A DNA stretch of 32,000 bases from Wallemia ichthyophaga EXF-994 (Eukaryota; Fungi; Basidiomycota), in the NCBI RefSeq assembly GCF_000400465.1, contig NW_008806301.1, positions 42,065 through 74,064 on the forward strand, given 5' to 3'. Every line of letters begins with the position of its first letter. Within the stretch, counting starts at the first letter, position 1. The position numbers and the translations under genes are program-made. Under the pieces are notes generated by a model. That model did no database searches and had not been told where the DNA came from. It worked only from the letters and a program-made list of their open reading frames with translations. Shown one piece after another: positions 31,203 through 32,000 of the stretch.

Positions 31203-31972
31203 TGTTGCCAATTTTTAGTTTATTGATTAGTCTCACTTTTAGTTTTAATTTTAGTGAGCCATTAACGCGTTCATACCGTCTGAATGATTCAGTGGACACG
31301 AAGAATGTAAATGTGCGTGAGGGTAAAAATCTATGGACATTTTAATTGCAAGCAAAATGATATCAAGTTATACAGATTTTTTGCTAGCCGTGTTCAAGAA
31401 GTCCTGTGAAAAGTCAGTCGTGGCGCTGTGTGCAACACACAATCTCAAGAATGCAGCTTCTCACTTCTTCCGACCGCGAGCAGCACCAGTTAAAAGCGTG
31501 TTTCACAAACTGTTGTGCGAGTTGTCGTAGTTTGTTCGGTCCGTGTTTAGCTGTGCGACAGCTACATTTTTGTGTTTTTGACCTCGCGAACCTGTCGATA
31601 TCGTTTTTGATTTTGTCTTGTGGTTTGGAATACTCTTAAAACATTGGTACTTGAACGCTTGACCACACTACAGAAAACATGCTGTGGAATGGGGTTGGTT
31701 GAAACTGATCATATGTCCAGATCATATGATCAAGATCTATGAGAGATTAATGAGTCCCTATTCGATACTTAAGCAGACTCTTTAGAAGTCATTAAAGCAT
31801 ACTAAGAAGCGCCGTTCACTTAAAGTCGAAAAGATAAGCATTTCTAGCGAATTTCTAAACGGACTATCGATGCTCAAGTGTGAAGTGTGAACTAATAAAA
31901 TTGACAATACACAGTCTAAACGAATTTAAAATATAATTACAACATTTTGGGAACGTCAAAAGATTAAAAACA

Positions 31973-32000
31973 AGGTCCCAGCCGGATTCGAACCGGCGAC
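31973..32000 (-). tRNA. 3' part of a tRNA gene (probably tRNA-Cys), truncated by the window edge
   Basis: GTC-GCCGG-TTCGAAT-CCGGC-TGGGACC-T, then a T5 run at 31966-31970. The U73 discriminator is characteristic of tRNA-Cys; the anticodon lies outside the window. Confidence 0.8.

Overview
Eukaryotic fungal genomic DNA from a very compact, intron-rich genome; most introns are 44-53 nt, GT-AG, with CTAAC/CTGAC-type branch sites. The gene set and the hydrophobin suggest a basidiomycete, most likely Wallemia (inference). By manual splicing I support about 18 protein-coding genes: PX/DUF3818 (Lec1-like, partial), Rce1, a GPI-type SOD-fold protein, Ariadne RBR E3, an Old Yellow Enzyme, TMEM19/DUF92, TMEM41/DedA, MYG1, ERCC1/Rad10, an ADC-lyase/MDP-1 fusion, a CENP-B/Tc5-HTH protein, NDUFB3, a SAM carrier, TBCE, a Zn2Cys6 factor, TAF6 and a class I hydrophobin, plus doubtful small ORFs. 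There are three tRNA genes (Glu-CTC, Pro-TGG with intron, and a partial one, probably Cys), two gene-poor AT-rich tracts, and a probable decayed gene. The top observation is one continuous spliced reading frame (421 aa) joining a PLP-dependent aminodeoxychorismate-lyase (Abz2-like) domain to an MDP-1 HAD phosphatase. Also notable are divergent start codons 7 bp apart, a SOD-fold protein lacking all three copper histidines, an intron splitting a start codon, and several frame-preserving stop-free introns. No database searches or computations were run; family calls come from recognised motifs.
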